From the sequence record MN384978.1: a stretch of 43,865 nt of DNA; one strand, written 5' to 3'. The notes beneath the pieces were generated by a model, which worked only from the letters and a program-made list of their open reading frames with translations, did no database searches and was not told the DNA's origin. Positions within the stretch are counted from its first letter, which is position 1; each line of letters opens with the position of its first letter. This DNA comes from Escherichia phage vB_EcolP_P433.1. Position numbers and translations under genes: made by a program. Shown piece by piece: positions 16,535-25,601 of this stretch.

Positions 16535-19480
16535 CTAGCTCAGTTTAATCCTACCAATCTGAGCATTAGGCACTAATGCGCCTTTCTTTGGAGGATACAC
16601 TTGCATCCATCCATCTTTACCAATCTGGTTGTAGATAGACTTATTAACGAATGCCTCTGACATTTGACCAGAGAACTTGACATACATAGAGCCATCCTCT
16701 CGTGTTTCCACTTCACTAATCTTAGGGACTGCACCACCGCTCTGTGCTAGGTTGTAGGCCTCTGCTCTGCGTACTAAAAGGGCCGGACTACGTTTACCTT
16801 CTGTGGATGCAGTAGATAGCATTTCGATGAACCCATCTGTAAACTTTCCAGCCTTGAATGCGGCGTAAGCCTTAGGTGCATTTTGGATACCACCTTTGCC
16901 TAAGTTATAAGATAAATCCATCAACCCACGTTGCACACCTGGATGCATGTCTTCAAAAGACACAGCCCAGCCTGCGGTACTAGGCACGTGGCTTTTCAAG
17001 TCTTGTTGCAGTAAGCGCATAGCGCGTTCAGGGGTTAACTGCGACTGTCCCGGATTGAATGGAACTTTGTCTGTACCAATCATAATGTACCCGTTCTTCT
17101 TCTCTTCGTCCGTAAGGAAATGACCATACCCTACAGATTGACCGTGTGCATCTTTGTAAGGTGTATAAACACCAGCTACTCTGTCAAAACCCACATTGGC
17201 ACTGTTCTCAGCTTTGGCTACATAATTATAGAAGTCCATATTATTCCTCTTATACCCAAACTCAAAGTTTGCTGGTAGGTTCTCACCTGATGCAAAGGCT
17301 GGTGACATTAAGAAGTCAGCAATCCCACGTGATCCTACAGTTTTGGCTGTAGTCTTTGCAGGCGGTTGTGCTTGGTATCCACCTGCACCCCACATCCTCA
17401 TTTGCTGTGCTTCAAAATTCTTACGCCCCTCATCCCGTGATTTAACTTCTGCATCATACCGTTGCTTAAGTAAGGATTGCCCTTTGATTTCAGACAAGGG
17501 CATTGCCTGTGTAACAGGTACACGACCAGAGCCTGCACGTATGGTAAAGAGTCCACGCTGCGCATCTACATCAAAATACAAATCCCCTTCTTCTAAGCCG
17601 CCTGATGCATCAAGAAGTGCTTGCTTGTTGTTATCCATATATTGACGTAGTGCCAGAGGCAGGTCGTTCTGGTTTACTCCTATAGTGTCACCTAATGTGC
17701 GAACATCACCTTTCACCAGAACACCTTGGGTAAAGAAACCCTCAGATAGCTGTGTATACTGGCTAGTCAAGTAGGATTTAAGATGACGTTTAATCGTGTC
17801 ATTATTATGGCCTGCAACCTTCATTGCTCTCGCAATTGTACTGGCTTCCTCCAGCATAATGTCACGACCCATCTCGCTCATGTTATCTCCACGAGTAAGC
17901 CAACTACCCCCTGCCACATCACTGACAACCCCATCTACATCCTCATTCAGTTCTTTAAGTACAGAACCTTGTAGTCTCTCTCCGCGAGAGGCATTCTGTG
18001 CAAACTCGATAGCTTGACCTGCATTATACCCCATGCGAGTTGCTAAGTCGTAGTTCTCTACAAAGGCATACTCCTTATCTCCCATGACAGCACGACGTGC
18101 ATCTTCTGGGATAGAGTCACGCGCTCGCATAATAGTCTGTAATGCTTCAGGCTCAACCTTCATATCTTTAAGGTTGGCAGAGGATAACTGCATAAGCGAC
18201 GAATATCTTTCCTTAATGATTGGGTCTTCAATAAGTTGTTGCCCCAGTTTAAGATAACGCATCTGCTCGTACCTACCACGAATAGCTTCAGCTTGTTCTC
18301 CGGTTGCACCAGTGCGGGCAATTTCATCTTCTGCCAACTTAGTATAAGTGGTAACTAATGCCTCTGCGTAAGCCTTCCTGTCATCTTTGCTAATGTCCTG
18401 CAAACCTAGAGGGGAGTCAGATTCTCCTCGTTTAATGAGGTCTTCCAGTTTTGCTGCCTCTGCATTAACCTTAGCTTGCCTATCGAAGATAGCTTTGATT
18501 TCACTATCAGACCAAGCAGTACCCCCGGTCAACTCATTGTGATTCTGCATTACCTGAAGTAACTCTTCACGAGTAAGTTGCCCTGCATCGAATGCCTTTA
18601 TAGCAGCATCCTTCTTCTCGAAGAGGGCGACCTGATTCTGTGCAGCCCAAGTCCTATTAGCTTGAATTTCTCCAGTTTGCAAAGCACCAACACGGTCGTA
18701 CAAAGAGACACCCTTATCATCCACCAGTGCTTTGGTGCCCTGAATAAGACTATCATCTCCTACTGCCGCCCTATCAGATGCAATCTTAGCAACCATTTGA
18801 TCAAACTCAGGTTTACTAAGACCCATTGCCAGTGCTTCTTTTTGTAGCTGAATGAGTGCTGCACCAGTGGCATCAGGTGCTACATCCTTTGTAGCCATGA
18901 TAATACGAGCCTGCATAGATTGCATACGCGCTTCTTCTTCTTGACGAAGTTTAGCCTCTGCTCTCGTAGCGGTGATTCGAGGTTGCTGCTCCATGAACGC
19001 GTTAGTGACAATCCTCATAGAATCCTTGTCACCACGAAGCTCTGGATAGCTTTGCCACAATCTATTTTGTACCTCATTACGAGATTGAACTACATAGTTT
19101 TCCCAATCTTCGTCACTGCCTTGAAATCGCTGTGCTTCTGCCTGTAGAGCAGCTGTCTGTGCGATTACATCATTTTGCAAACTAACCAGCATATGAGCAC
19201 GAGCACCACCTACTGTTGCATCCTCAGATGGCACCATACCAGATAATGCCCTGTCCATCTGGCGTACCTTATCTTCCTCAACCTTCTGATTAAGGATTCC
19301 AGTAGTAACATCAGCTACACTACTAGCTGCTTGAATAAGGTCTTCGATAAATCTACTACCGGAGTTAGAAGCCACGCCAGCATCAACACCACCCACTTGC
19401 TGGGGTGCAAAAGTCATGACATTAGGGGAAGTAGCCCGCACTTGTGGCAGTCCTTGTACTGCTTGTCTCTCAATTGCCAT
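16535..19480 (-). CDS. internal virion protein with C-terminal lysozyme-like (T4-lysozyme/GH24-type) domain (981 aa)
   Basis: Around aa 750-910 (about 16750-17235) the segment AENSANVGFDRVAGVYTPYKDAHGQSVGYGHFL matches the T4 lysozyme catalytic region (E...YKDTEGYYTIGIGHLL); position corresponds to T7 gp15. Confidence 0.7.
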   Translation of the reverse strand: MAIERQAVQGLPQVRATSPNVMTFAPQQVGGVDAGVASNSGSRFIEDLIQAASSVADVTTGILNQKVEEDKVRQMDRALSGMVPSEDATVGGARAHMLVSLQNDVIAQTAALQAEAQRFQGSDEDWENYVVQSRNEVQNRLWQSYPELRGDKDSMRIVTNAFMEQQPRITATRAEAKLRQEEEARMQSMQARIIMATKDVAPDATGAALIQLQKEALAMGLSKPEFDQMVAKIASDRAAVGDDSLIQGTKALVDDKGVSLYDRVGALQTGEIQANRTWAAQNQVALFEKKDAAIKAFDAGQLTREELLQVMQNHNELTGGTAWSDSEIKAIFDRQAKVNAEAAKLEDLIKRGESDSPLGLQDISKDDRKAYAEALVTTYTKLAEDEIARTGATGEQAEAIRGRYEQMRYLKLGQQLIEDPIIKERYSSLMQLSSANLKDMKVEPEALQTIMRARDSIPEDARRAVMGDKEYAFVENYDLATRMGYNAGQAIEFAQNASRGERLQGSVLKELNEDVDGVVSDVAGGSWLTRGDNMSEMGRDIMLEEASTIARAMKVAGHNNDTIKRHLKSYLTSQYTQLSEGFFTQGVLVKGDVRTLGDTIGVNQNDLPLALRQYMDNNKQALLDASGGLEEGDLYFDVDAQRGLFTIRAGSGRVPVTQAMPLSEIKGQSLLKQRYDAEVKSRDEGRKNFEAQQMRMWGAGGYQAQPPAKTTAKTVGSRGIADFLMSPAFASGENLPANFEFGYKRNNMDFYNYVAKAENSANVGFDRVAGVYTPYKDAHGQSVGYGHFLTDEEKKNGYIMIGTDKVPFNPGQSQLTPERAMRLLQQDLKSHVPSTAGWAVSFEDMHPGVQRGLMDLSYNLGKGGIQNAPKAYAAFKAGKFTDGFIEMLSTASTEGKRSPALLVRRAEAYNLAQSGGAVPKISEVETREDGSMYVKFSGQMSEAFVNKSIYNQIGKDGWMQVYPPKKGALVPNAQIGRIKLS
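17675..17697 (-). promoter_or_regulatory. SP6-type promoter CATTAGGTGACACTATAGGAGTA inside the internal-virion-protein gene
   Basis: Identical to the SP6 consensus from -15 to +1 (TTAGGTGACACTATAG), unlike the other promoters here which carry CTG or CCG at -12 to -10. Confidence 0.5.
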
Positions 19481-20205
19481 TAAACACCTCTTGTTCCAGA
19501 TGAATATGTACGAGAATCTGTTAAGGCTTTACCTAAAGCCATACCTGATTTACTACCTGTTACATAGGCAGATGCAAGACTTGGAATACCTTGAACCAAA
19601 GTACTTACGGCAGAAGGTTTCTTAAACTCACGCATCTGCATCTGTCCTCCGCGTTGGATAGCCTTAAGCTGATTAGTGAAATTAATCTTCTGATTCTCAT
19701 AGTTATCAATAATTGTACTCTGGTTTCTCCCTCCCTCTGCTGCCAAGTCATTCAGCATAGAAGCTACAGAGTTACCACCAGTACCAGTTGCACCTGCAAG
19801 TAATGCAACCTGTGCTCGCTGCTGTAGCAGTGAAGCCTGATTGCTTATTGCATCTGAGTGATACTGTTTAACAGCAGAGCGTTCTGCATCTGCCACTGTC
19901 TTATATGCTTCTTGTGTAGCAATTAACTGCTGCCGCCATTGCTCCTCCTGAGCTTTCTTCATGGCTTTGGCTTCATCGCTTCCACTAAAAAGATTGCCCA
20001 GAAGACCAAGACCTTGCATACCTGCACTAAGCAAGCCTGCATTGGAGAAGCCACCAGTGGAACCACTTAGGAAACCTCCCACGGAACCTAGTAAACCTCC
20101 ACCACCTGCTGCGGCAGAACCTCCAGCAGCGGCTGCTGCACCGCTACCTGCAAACATACTACCTAGAGAAGACATACCAGACATAACGGCTGAACCTATA
20201 GCCAT
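19480..20205 (-). CDS. internal virion protein, Gly/Ala/Ser-rich (241 aa)
   Basis: Start at the ATG overlapping the upstream stop (TAATG) with AGGAGG RBS; low-complexity Gly-rich N-terminal half; gp13/gp14-like by position. Confidence 0.5.
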   Translation of the reverse strand: MAIGSAVMSGMSSLGSMFAGSGAAAAAGGSAAAGGGGLLGSVGGFLSGSTGGFSNAGLLSAGMQGLGLLGNLFSGSDEAKAMKKAQEEQWRQQLIATQEAYKTVADAERSAVKQYHSDAISNQASLLQQRAQVALLAGATGTGGNSVASMLNDLAAEGGRNQSTIIDNYENQKINFTNQLKAIQRGGQMQMREFKKPSAVSTLVQGIPSLASAYVTGSKSGMALGKALTDSRTYSSGTRGV

Positions 20206-22607
20206 TAGACCCTCCTTTTGGTTGGATTGTAGCTTCCTTCCCACTCAATATCACGAAGCTGGAATGTGTGAGGTGACTCTACAATAATACGATAAACAAC
20301 ATCCGTGCTCTTAGCTCTCAGTGGGAATCTGAAGACACCCTCTCTTGGTTCAACATAACCTACTGTATTGTTGAGAGCGCCACCTATGCGGTTTGATGCT
20401 AACACCCTGCGTACTTTACCACTCTTCACATTCTTAACTTCCAATGAGAAGTCTGGATACATATCTAGGTTAAGGTGAACCAACCCCACAACTGGCACAT
20501 CAATATAAGATACGCGGTCTTGATTATCTCTAATAACCACAGGTGTAGGTTCAAACTCTTGAGGATAAATCTGACCAACAATGACTTTTGCCTTTACGTG
20601 GTTATCATCGTACATATCAAAAGTTGTAGATAAAGTGTTATCACCGGGGTTGTATTTGAATAAGAAAGAGCCGCCAATATATGAATCCCAGCCTTCTATT
20701 AAGATGCAATCCAAGAGTTCTGGGTTAGTAGGGACCCAAGGGAGTGGTTCAGATACCCATTCGTCTTCTGCTTTGAAATGCTGGAAGATTAACTCTGCCT
20801 GCCTGTCCATTCGGATGCGGTCATTCAAACCATAGGTCAAGGCATCACCCATATCCATCTTCTCCAGATAGACACCATTACCTCTCTCAAGGAGCAGGTA
20901 AAGTAATTCACCAGAATAAAACATACCTCGCACCTTTGTACCCAAAGGCCACTCCCACACATGCCAAGCTGATTGAACACGGTCTGTGCCCTGCCATAAC
21001 CAATCATAACAGTAAATTATATTATGATACTTATCTGTAGTGACAAGCAGTCTGTTGACATTGGTGCTTGCTGCCATGTTAGTAATGTTACCTTCGATGA
21101 GCTTGTTCACATGGCTTGTGATTGCCTGTGCTTTCTTAGTGTCACTATAAGAGTCTGTATAGAACTCTCGTACACCAGAGTAGGCTCCATCATTTGTAGC
21201 GAACATTACGGATTCACCAGTGGCAACTGGCTTAACTTTGTTGTTCACCTCAAATGTAGTTACAGGTTTGAGTAAGGCATTAGACTTCTCCAGCGGTTTA
21301 TCTCCCGGCAAGATAAATTGAGATTTATCAGAGAACAGCACAGTCGCACCATCTAAGGTCACTGCATGTTTCAACTGGTAAACTTCACTCGCATCTGAGA
21401 AGATATCGAATGGATCGGTAGCCAAAGCCGAGATAACCGTGTAACGGAAGAAATCAAAGAAGTAGGAAGTGCGTGATGCAATGACAGCTTCACCTGCTGT
21501 AAAGCATAAACGATTCTGCACCATGAACATCCCGCCAATTGTCTGGGGAACTTCTTCATCAATGAAAGATGGCATAGGGTTAGTGAGGTCATCGCCTACC
21601 TTGCGGTCTTCCCAATCTCCTTGCCTAATCTTAAATTGAGCAATACCATCAATAATGCCAGTACGCTCAATGATATAAGGCATAGTGCCTTTATCAAAAC
21701 CAAGCAATACGTCAGCAGCAACTGTCTCTTGCCAAGATACTAAATTGCCCTCTTTTGGCTCTGCTTCCAACCAATAACGTGACTCGGGTTTGCTTCCAGT
21801 GGGCCACACCTGTACTTTATACCCTTCAGGTGCACGAGAAGGAAGGAGATCAGTAGAGCTGACCTTATTCTTGATAGCCACTAGATCTTTTCCCTTTGCA
21901 CCATCGGTGGTTGTTACTGTAAAACTTGCACCATCACGTCTTTCTATAAATATACTTGTACCATCTCTTTGTATTTCATAATCACCAACACCACTCCATT
22001 GCTGCAACTTAGAGTACAATTCAGAAGTGATATGTTCCGTTCGAATTTGTTCAACCTGCTCTGCGCTTCCACCATCCGGTGTTTTAAAACTAGCAGCGTT
22101 GGCACCATTAATTATAATGGAATAAGATGTACCGTATTGACCATATGCACAAAACACAATGGCTTTGTTTCCAACTTTGGATGACTTTCTGTTACTGGCT
22201 TTAACTACCTTCCTGCGGTTAAGCATGAAAGTAACATCAGCTATCGTCATAAATTGCACATCTTCTCTTGGGTTTATCACCTCAGCCAAGTAAGTCATAG
22301 GTGCATCTTGTGAGGTCACATTGCATTTGCGCCCATACTTATCGAATATCTCAGGGACTTGTCCTTTCTTCAATGTGAAGAAATACTCTTCATCACCATC
22401 ACCTCTGCGATAATGGTGTGTGGCCATATCATCAGTACCCGCATCAAGTATCTTTGCAATATGAGTTGTACCCATGCGTGATTGCGTGCCATTCACCACA
22501 TCAGGTATCATATTAATCATAGCCGTACACTGACCATCCAAGCGTACCGCTGGAGGTTGCTGGCTAATCCCTTGGATTTGTCTGCCTAATGAACCTTGTA
22601 CTTCCAT
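20205..22607 (-). CDS. tail tubular protein B, gp12-like (800 aa)
   Basis: Size and position match T7 gp12 (794 aa); start at the ATG overlapping the upstream stop (TAATG). Confidence 0.7.
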   Translation of the reverse strand: MEVQGSLGRQIQGISQQPPAVRLDGQCTAMINMIPDVVNGTQSRMGTTHIAKILDAGTDDMATHHYRRGDGDEEYFFTLKKGQVPEIFDKYGRKCNVTSQDAPMTYLAEVINPREDVQFMTIADVTFMLNRRKVVKASNRKSSKVGNKAIVFCAYGQYGTSYSIIINGANAASFKTPDGGSAEQVEQIRTEHITSELYSKLQQWSGVGDYEIQRDGTSIFIERRDGASFTVTTTDGAKGKDLVAIKNKVSSTDLLPSRAPEGYKVQVWPTGSKPESRYWLEAEPKEGNLVSWQETVAADVLLGFDKGTMPYIIERTGIIDGIAQFKIRQGDWEDRKVGDDLTNPMPSFIDEEVPQTIGGMFMVQNRLCFTAGEAVIASRTSYFFDFFRYTVISALATDPFDIFSDASEVYQLKHAVTLDGATVLFSDKSQFILPGDKPLEKSNALLKPVTTFEVNNKVKPVATGESVMFATNDGAYSGVREFYTDSYSDTKKAQAITSHVNKLIEGNITNMAASTNVNRLLVTTDKYHNIIYCYDWLWQGTDRVQSAWHVWEWPLGTKVRGMFYSGELLYLLLERGNGVYLEKMDMGDALTYGLNDRIRMDRQAELIFQHFKAEDEWVSEPLPWVPTNPELLDCILIEGWDSYIGGSFLFKYNPGDNTLSTTFDMYDDNHVKAKVIVGQIYPQEFEPTPVVIRDNQDRVSYIDVPVVGLVHLNLDMYPDFSLEVKNVKSGKVRRVLASNRIGGALNNTVGYVEPREGVFRFPLRAKSTDVVYRIIVESPHTFQLRDIEWEGSYNPTKRRV

Positions 22608-23344
22608 TAACGATCCTCCCATGGACGAAGTGTCCAATTGTCATAAGGTGAATGAGAGTAAGCAGGTACATTCTGAGAGCCACCAGCCATGATGCCAAAC
22701 TGACGCTGAGTAGGGTTATGTACTAACATGTTCAACCTCTTCTGCGACATTTGTTCAGACTGCACATCCATAAGAAGCTGGGTAGCAATCTGCTGTGCTG
22801 TAGCCAGTTTAGTTTTGTCTGCATCCTTAGATACAATAAACTCTGCCGCAGCTTGATATGCAATTGCTTGCATTACACTTGTAGGGAGGTGCTCATAAGG
22901 GAGCAGTGTAAGTAAGGTAAGTCGCAGCATACCATTTGCATTAACATGCTTGCGCATATCAAAGGTGTGACTCCAAGTAGAGTACAATTTACCCGCGCGC
23001 ATAGTCATCGGGACTTTCTTCTCACCCAAAGCATAACATTGCAACACAGCAAGGCAATTATTGGGTAGGTTAACCTCACCATTTGCGTCTGGTGCAATTT
23101 GCCAGTTAGGTTCACGGTTGAACCACCAGCCACCGCCTTTGTTATACTGGAAGCGCTGAGACACAATATCAATCATCTTGCTTGCATCTTCTGCATCCAA
23201 GTCACCAGAGTCGAGAGAATCCACACCCTCACGACCAATGGCTCGCATACACAAGTTGACCGCTTCAAGTTTACTATCAATAATCTGGAAGGCCACATCT
23301 TCCATCATGTGTCCTACTTTACTGGTTTGTTTAATTACAGGCAT
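22607..23344 (-). CDS. tail tubular protein A, gp11-like (245 aa)
   Basis: Follows the capsid gene and terminator; start placed at ATG 23344 with AGGAGG RBS (track start at 23359 is not ATG). Confidence 0.65.
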   Translation of the reverse strand: MPVIKQTSKVGHMMEDVAFQIIDSKLEAVNLCMRAIGREGVDSLDSGDLDAEDASKMIDIVSQRFQYNKGGGWWFNREPNWQIAPDANGEVNLPNNCLAVLQCYALGEKKVPMTMRAGKLYSTWSHTFDMRKHVNANGMLRLTLLTLLPYEHLPTSVMQAIAYQAAAEFIVSKDADKTKLATAQQIATQLLMDVQSEQMSQKRLNMLVHNPTQRQFGIMAGGSQNVPAYSHSPYDNWTLRPWEDR

Positions 23345-23354
23345 GAACCCTCCT

Positions 23355-23391
23355 AACAAAAAGAGCCCTACCTACGCAAGGTAGATAGGGC
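23355..23391 (-). terminator. hairpin plus U-tract terminator after the major capsid gene
   Basis: 11-bp stem (GCCCUAUCUAC / GUAGGUAGGGC, one G.U) with a 5-nt loop followed by UCUUUUUGUU on the transcript; same place as T7 T-phi. Confidence 0.6.
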
Positions 23392-23398
23392 ATAGGTA

Positions 23399-24604
23399 TT
23401 ACTCAGCAGGTTTCATTGCAGTCGGCTTAATGTCATTAGCCATTACAGCACGAACAGCAGCAACCAAGTCTTCAGCAGACAAGCTAGAAGCAGCGGCAGC
23501 AACCTGAGCAGCATTCTTGACATACACTGCTTTACGCTGTGCACGGTTCAGAACCTGAGTATGCTGTGCGGCCTGAGTTGCAGTAGTGGTAGGCGTGCCA
23601 TTTGTCTCTCGCTTGGTGGTAACTACAGACACTGCCTCCCAACGGTCAGGGATTGCACCTTCAGACATAAAGGTGTCAATGTAATAGGTCTTCTCTTTCT
23701 TCTCATAGAAGATATCACCGGTTACATCAATGGAACGACCAACAAGCAGAGCGTCAGCTGTGAACAGTACAGCGATAGCGCCATTCATTTCTGCAGTCGG
23801 GTCATAACGATAACCGTTGTCTTCATTTGACAGCAGGTGATGTTTCTGACCCTCAGAGAATTTAGGGAAGCGGTTAGACGGGATAACAGGGCAGTTGTAA
23901 GAAGACAGAACAAAACCCTGAATGGTTGCACCAGACTGGCTAATGGTATAGCTCTTGTCAACGATACGGTCTGCATCACGCAGTACGTTGAAGTAGCGCC
24001 ACGGCATCAGGATGGCTACATCGGAGATGTCTACTTCCTGCTCAAGCTGCTGCTCCAGAGCAAACTCTACAGCCGCCATTACATACTGCGGGTTGACCAG
24101 TGCTTCACTTTCTGCAACTTCTACGTTGACAGAGAAGCCATGACCTTTAACACGCGGGTTGGTACGCTTAGCCTGAGTGTTAGCAATACCGCCCAGCAGC
24201 ATCTGCTGAATCAACATTTCATCTTCCATCTTCTTCAGCTGCTTAGCTTGGTTAGTAGCCAGCTTCGGCTTCAGGCTATCAATGTCACCCTGTACGTCAT
24301 GCAGGTGTGCAACAGTGTTACGAGCGATAACAGTGGCATCAATTACCAGTTGGTTTTTATCGGCCTGAGTAGAGGTTGCAGCCGGAGACTGGCCCGGTGC
24401 CAGAACCTGCAACTCGGTTTCACCCAAGTATTTGTTGCTTACAGTATTAGTACCAGTAACAGTCTGAACATCAAAGTATGACATGATGTTCTCACCCTTC
24501 AGGTACTGCTCATTTACCTTACCATTGAATTTCTCAATGAGAAGGCTGTCTACCTCACCGGAAGCGGAGACTGCAACGTTGGTCAGGTTATTCGGCGTAG
24601 ACAT
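23399..24604 (-). CDS. major capsid protein (401 aa)
   Basis: Strong AAGGAGG RBS; directly downstream of a consensus phage promoter and followed by a terminator; follows the scaffold gene as in T7 gene 10. Confidence 0.85.
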   Translation of the reverse strand: MSTPNNLTNVAVSASGEVDSLLIEKFNGKVNEQYLKGENIMSYFDVQTVTGTNTVSNKYLGETELQVLAPGQSPAATSTQADKNQLVIDATVIARNTVAHLHDVQGDIDSLKPKLATNQAKQLKKMEDEMLIQQMLLGGIANTQAKRTNPRVKGHGFSVNVEVAESEALVNPQYVMAAVEFALEQQLEQEVDISDVAILMPWRYFNVLRDADRIVDKSYTISQSGATIQGFVLSSYNCPVIPSNRFPKFSEGQKHHLLSNEDNGYRYDPTAEMNGAIAVLFTADALLVGRSIDVTGDIFYEKKEKTYYIDTFMSEGAIPDRWEAVSVVTTKRETNGTPTTTATQAAQHTQVLNRAQRKAVYVKNAAQVAAAASSLSAEDLVAAVRAVMANDIKPTAMKPAE

Positions 24605-24652
24605 TAATAAACCTCCTTATAAATCAAATTGATAATTTAGGGAGACATTTCT

Positions 24653-24675
24653 CCCTTCTATAGTGTCCAGTAAAT
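24653..24675 (-). promoter_or_regulatory. phage RNAP promoter ATTTACTGGACACTATAGAAGGG (capsid promoter)
   Basis: Read as reverse complement; lies between the scaffold and capsid genes. Confidence 0.8.
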
Positions 24676-24680
24676 ACTGA

Positions 24681-25601
24681 TTAGAGTCCGCGAGCCATCC
24701 CCGCACGGCGTCGAGCATCCAGTTTAGCCTGATACTCAGCAGCAGCTTTCTTGTCTGTACCGAAGCGAGAGCTAAGAGTCATCATCTCACGCAGGTACTG
24801 CTCACGCGAGAGTGGGCCATTATCTTCAGATGCAGCAGCAGGTGCAGATGGTTCAATCAGGTTTGGCTTGTCATCACCCTGTGCAGCCTTGCGGCGACTC
24901 TCCAGTTCACGCACAGCGTACTGCTGGAGGTACTGGTTGCCAGATTCCATCACCGCATTGAATGCTGTGAGTTCGTCATCAGATAGTGCTTCAAGTGCCC
25001 ACACCTCAAGACGTGACCACCCTTCTTCACCACCAACTTCCTTAGAAACATCAGAGAATCTCTGGGTGTTAGCTGCTTCCAGTTCTTTAGCTGCGTTGGC
25101 TTCCTTCAGGAAGAAAGCCTCATTCTGTGCCTTAAGGCCTGACAGGTATGCATCTACTGCAAACTTACCAAAGGCATCATACAGCTTCTGCTTGGTCGCA
25201 TCGGACAGTTCAAACTTGCCATCTTTGGAATAGAGTTCCTTGGCAACCTGCTTAGCATCAATGCCTTTCTCTTTAAGGCTGTCAGTTACATCCTGTGGGA
25301 TGTCTACTGTTACTTCATGTTCTCCGAAGAAGTATTGCACTTCCTCAGTGTCGGTCGCGGTATCATCTGGCTTAGGTTCACCATTCTCTCCGCCATTGTC
25401 TCCTTCTTCTGAAGGCTGTCCAGAAGCTTCTCCTCCGGCGTCTTCAGTAGATTGTGCACCAGCATTGTCATCTTGTACAGCAGTGCCAGCGTCAGCAGGA
25501 GCATCAGTAGTAGCAGCATCAGTTGTTACCTCCTTGGTTTCTACCGGATTTTCTTCAGCAGTAGGATGGGTGGTTGACGGTTCAGTAAATGAGAAAGACA
25601 T
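24681..25601 (-). CDS. scaffolding protein, gp9-like (306 aa)
   Basis: Highly acidic, low-complexity N-terminal third; sits between portal and capsid; start overlaps the portal stop (TAATG) with GGAGG RBS. Confidence 0.7.
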   Translation of the reverse strand: MSFSFTEPSTTHPTAEENPVETKEVTTDAATTDAPADAGTAVQDDNAGAQSTEDAGGEASGQPSEEGDNGGENGEPKPDDTATDTEEVQYFFGEHEVTVDIPQDVTDSLKEKGIDAKQVAKELYSKDGKFELSDATKQKLYDAFGKFAVDAYLSGLKAQNEAFFLKEANAAKELEAANTQRFSDVSKEVGGEEGWSRLEVWALEALSDDELTAFNAVMESGNQYLQQYAVRELESRRKAAQGDDKPNLIEPSAPAAASEDNGPLSREQYLREMMTLSSRFGTDKKAAAEYQAKLDARRRAGMARGL

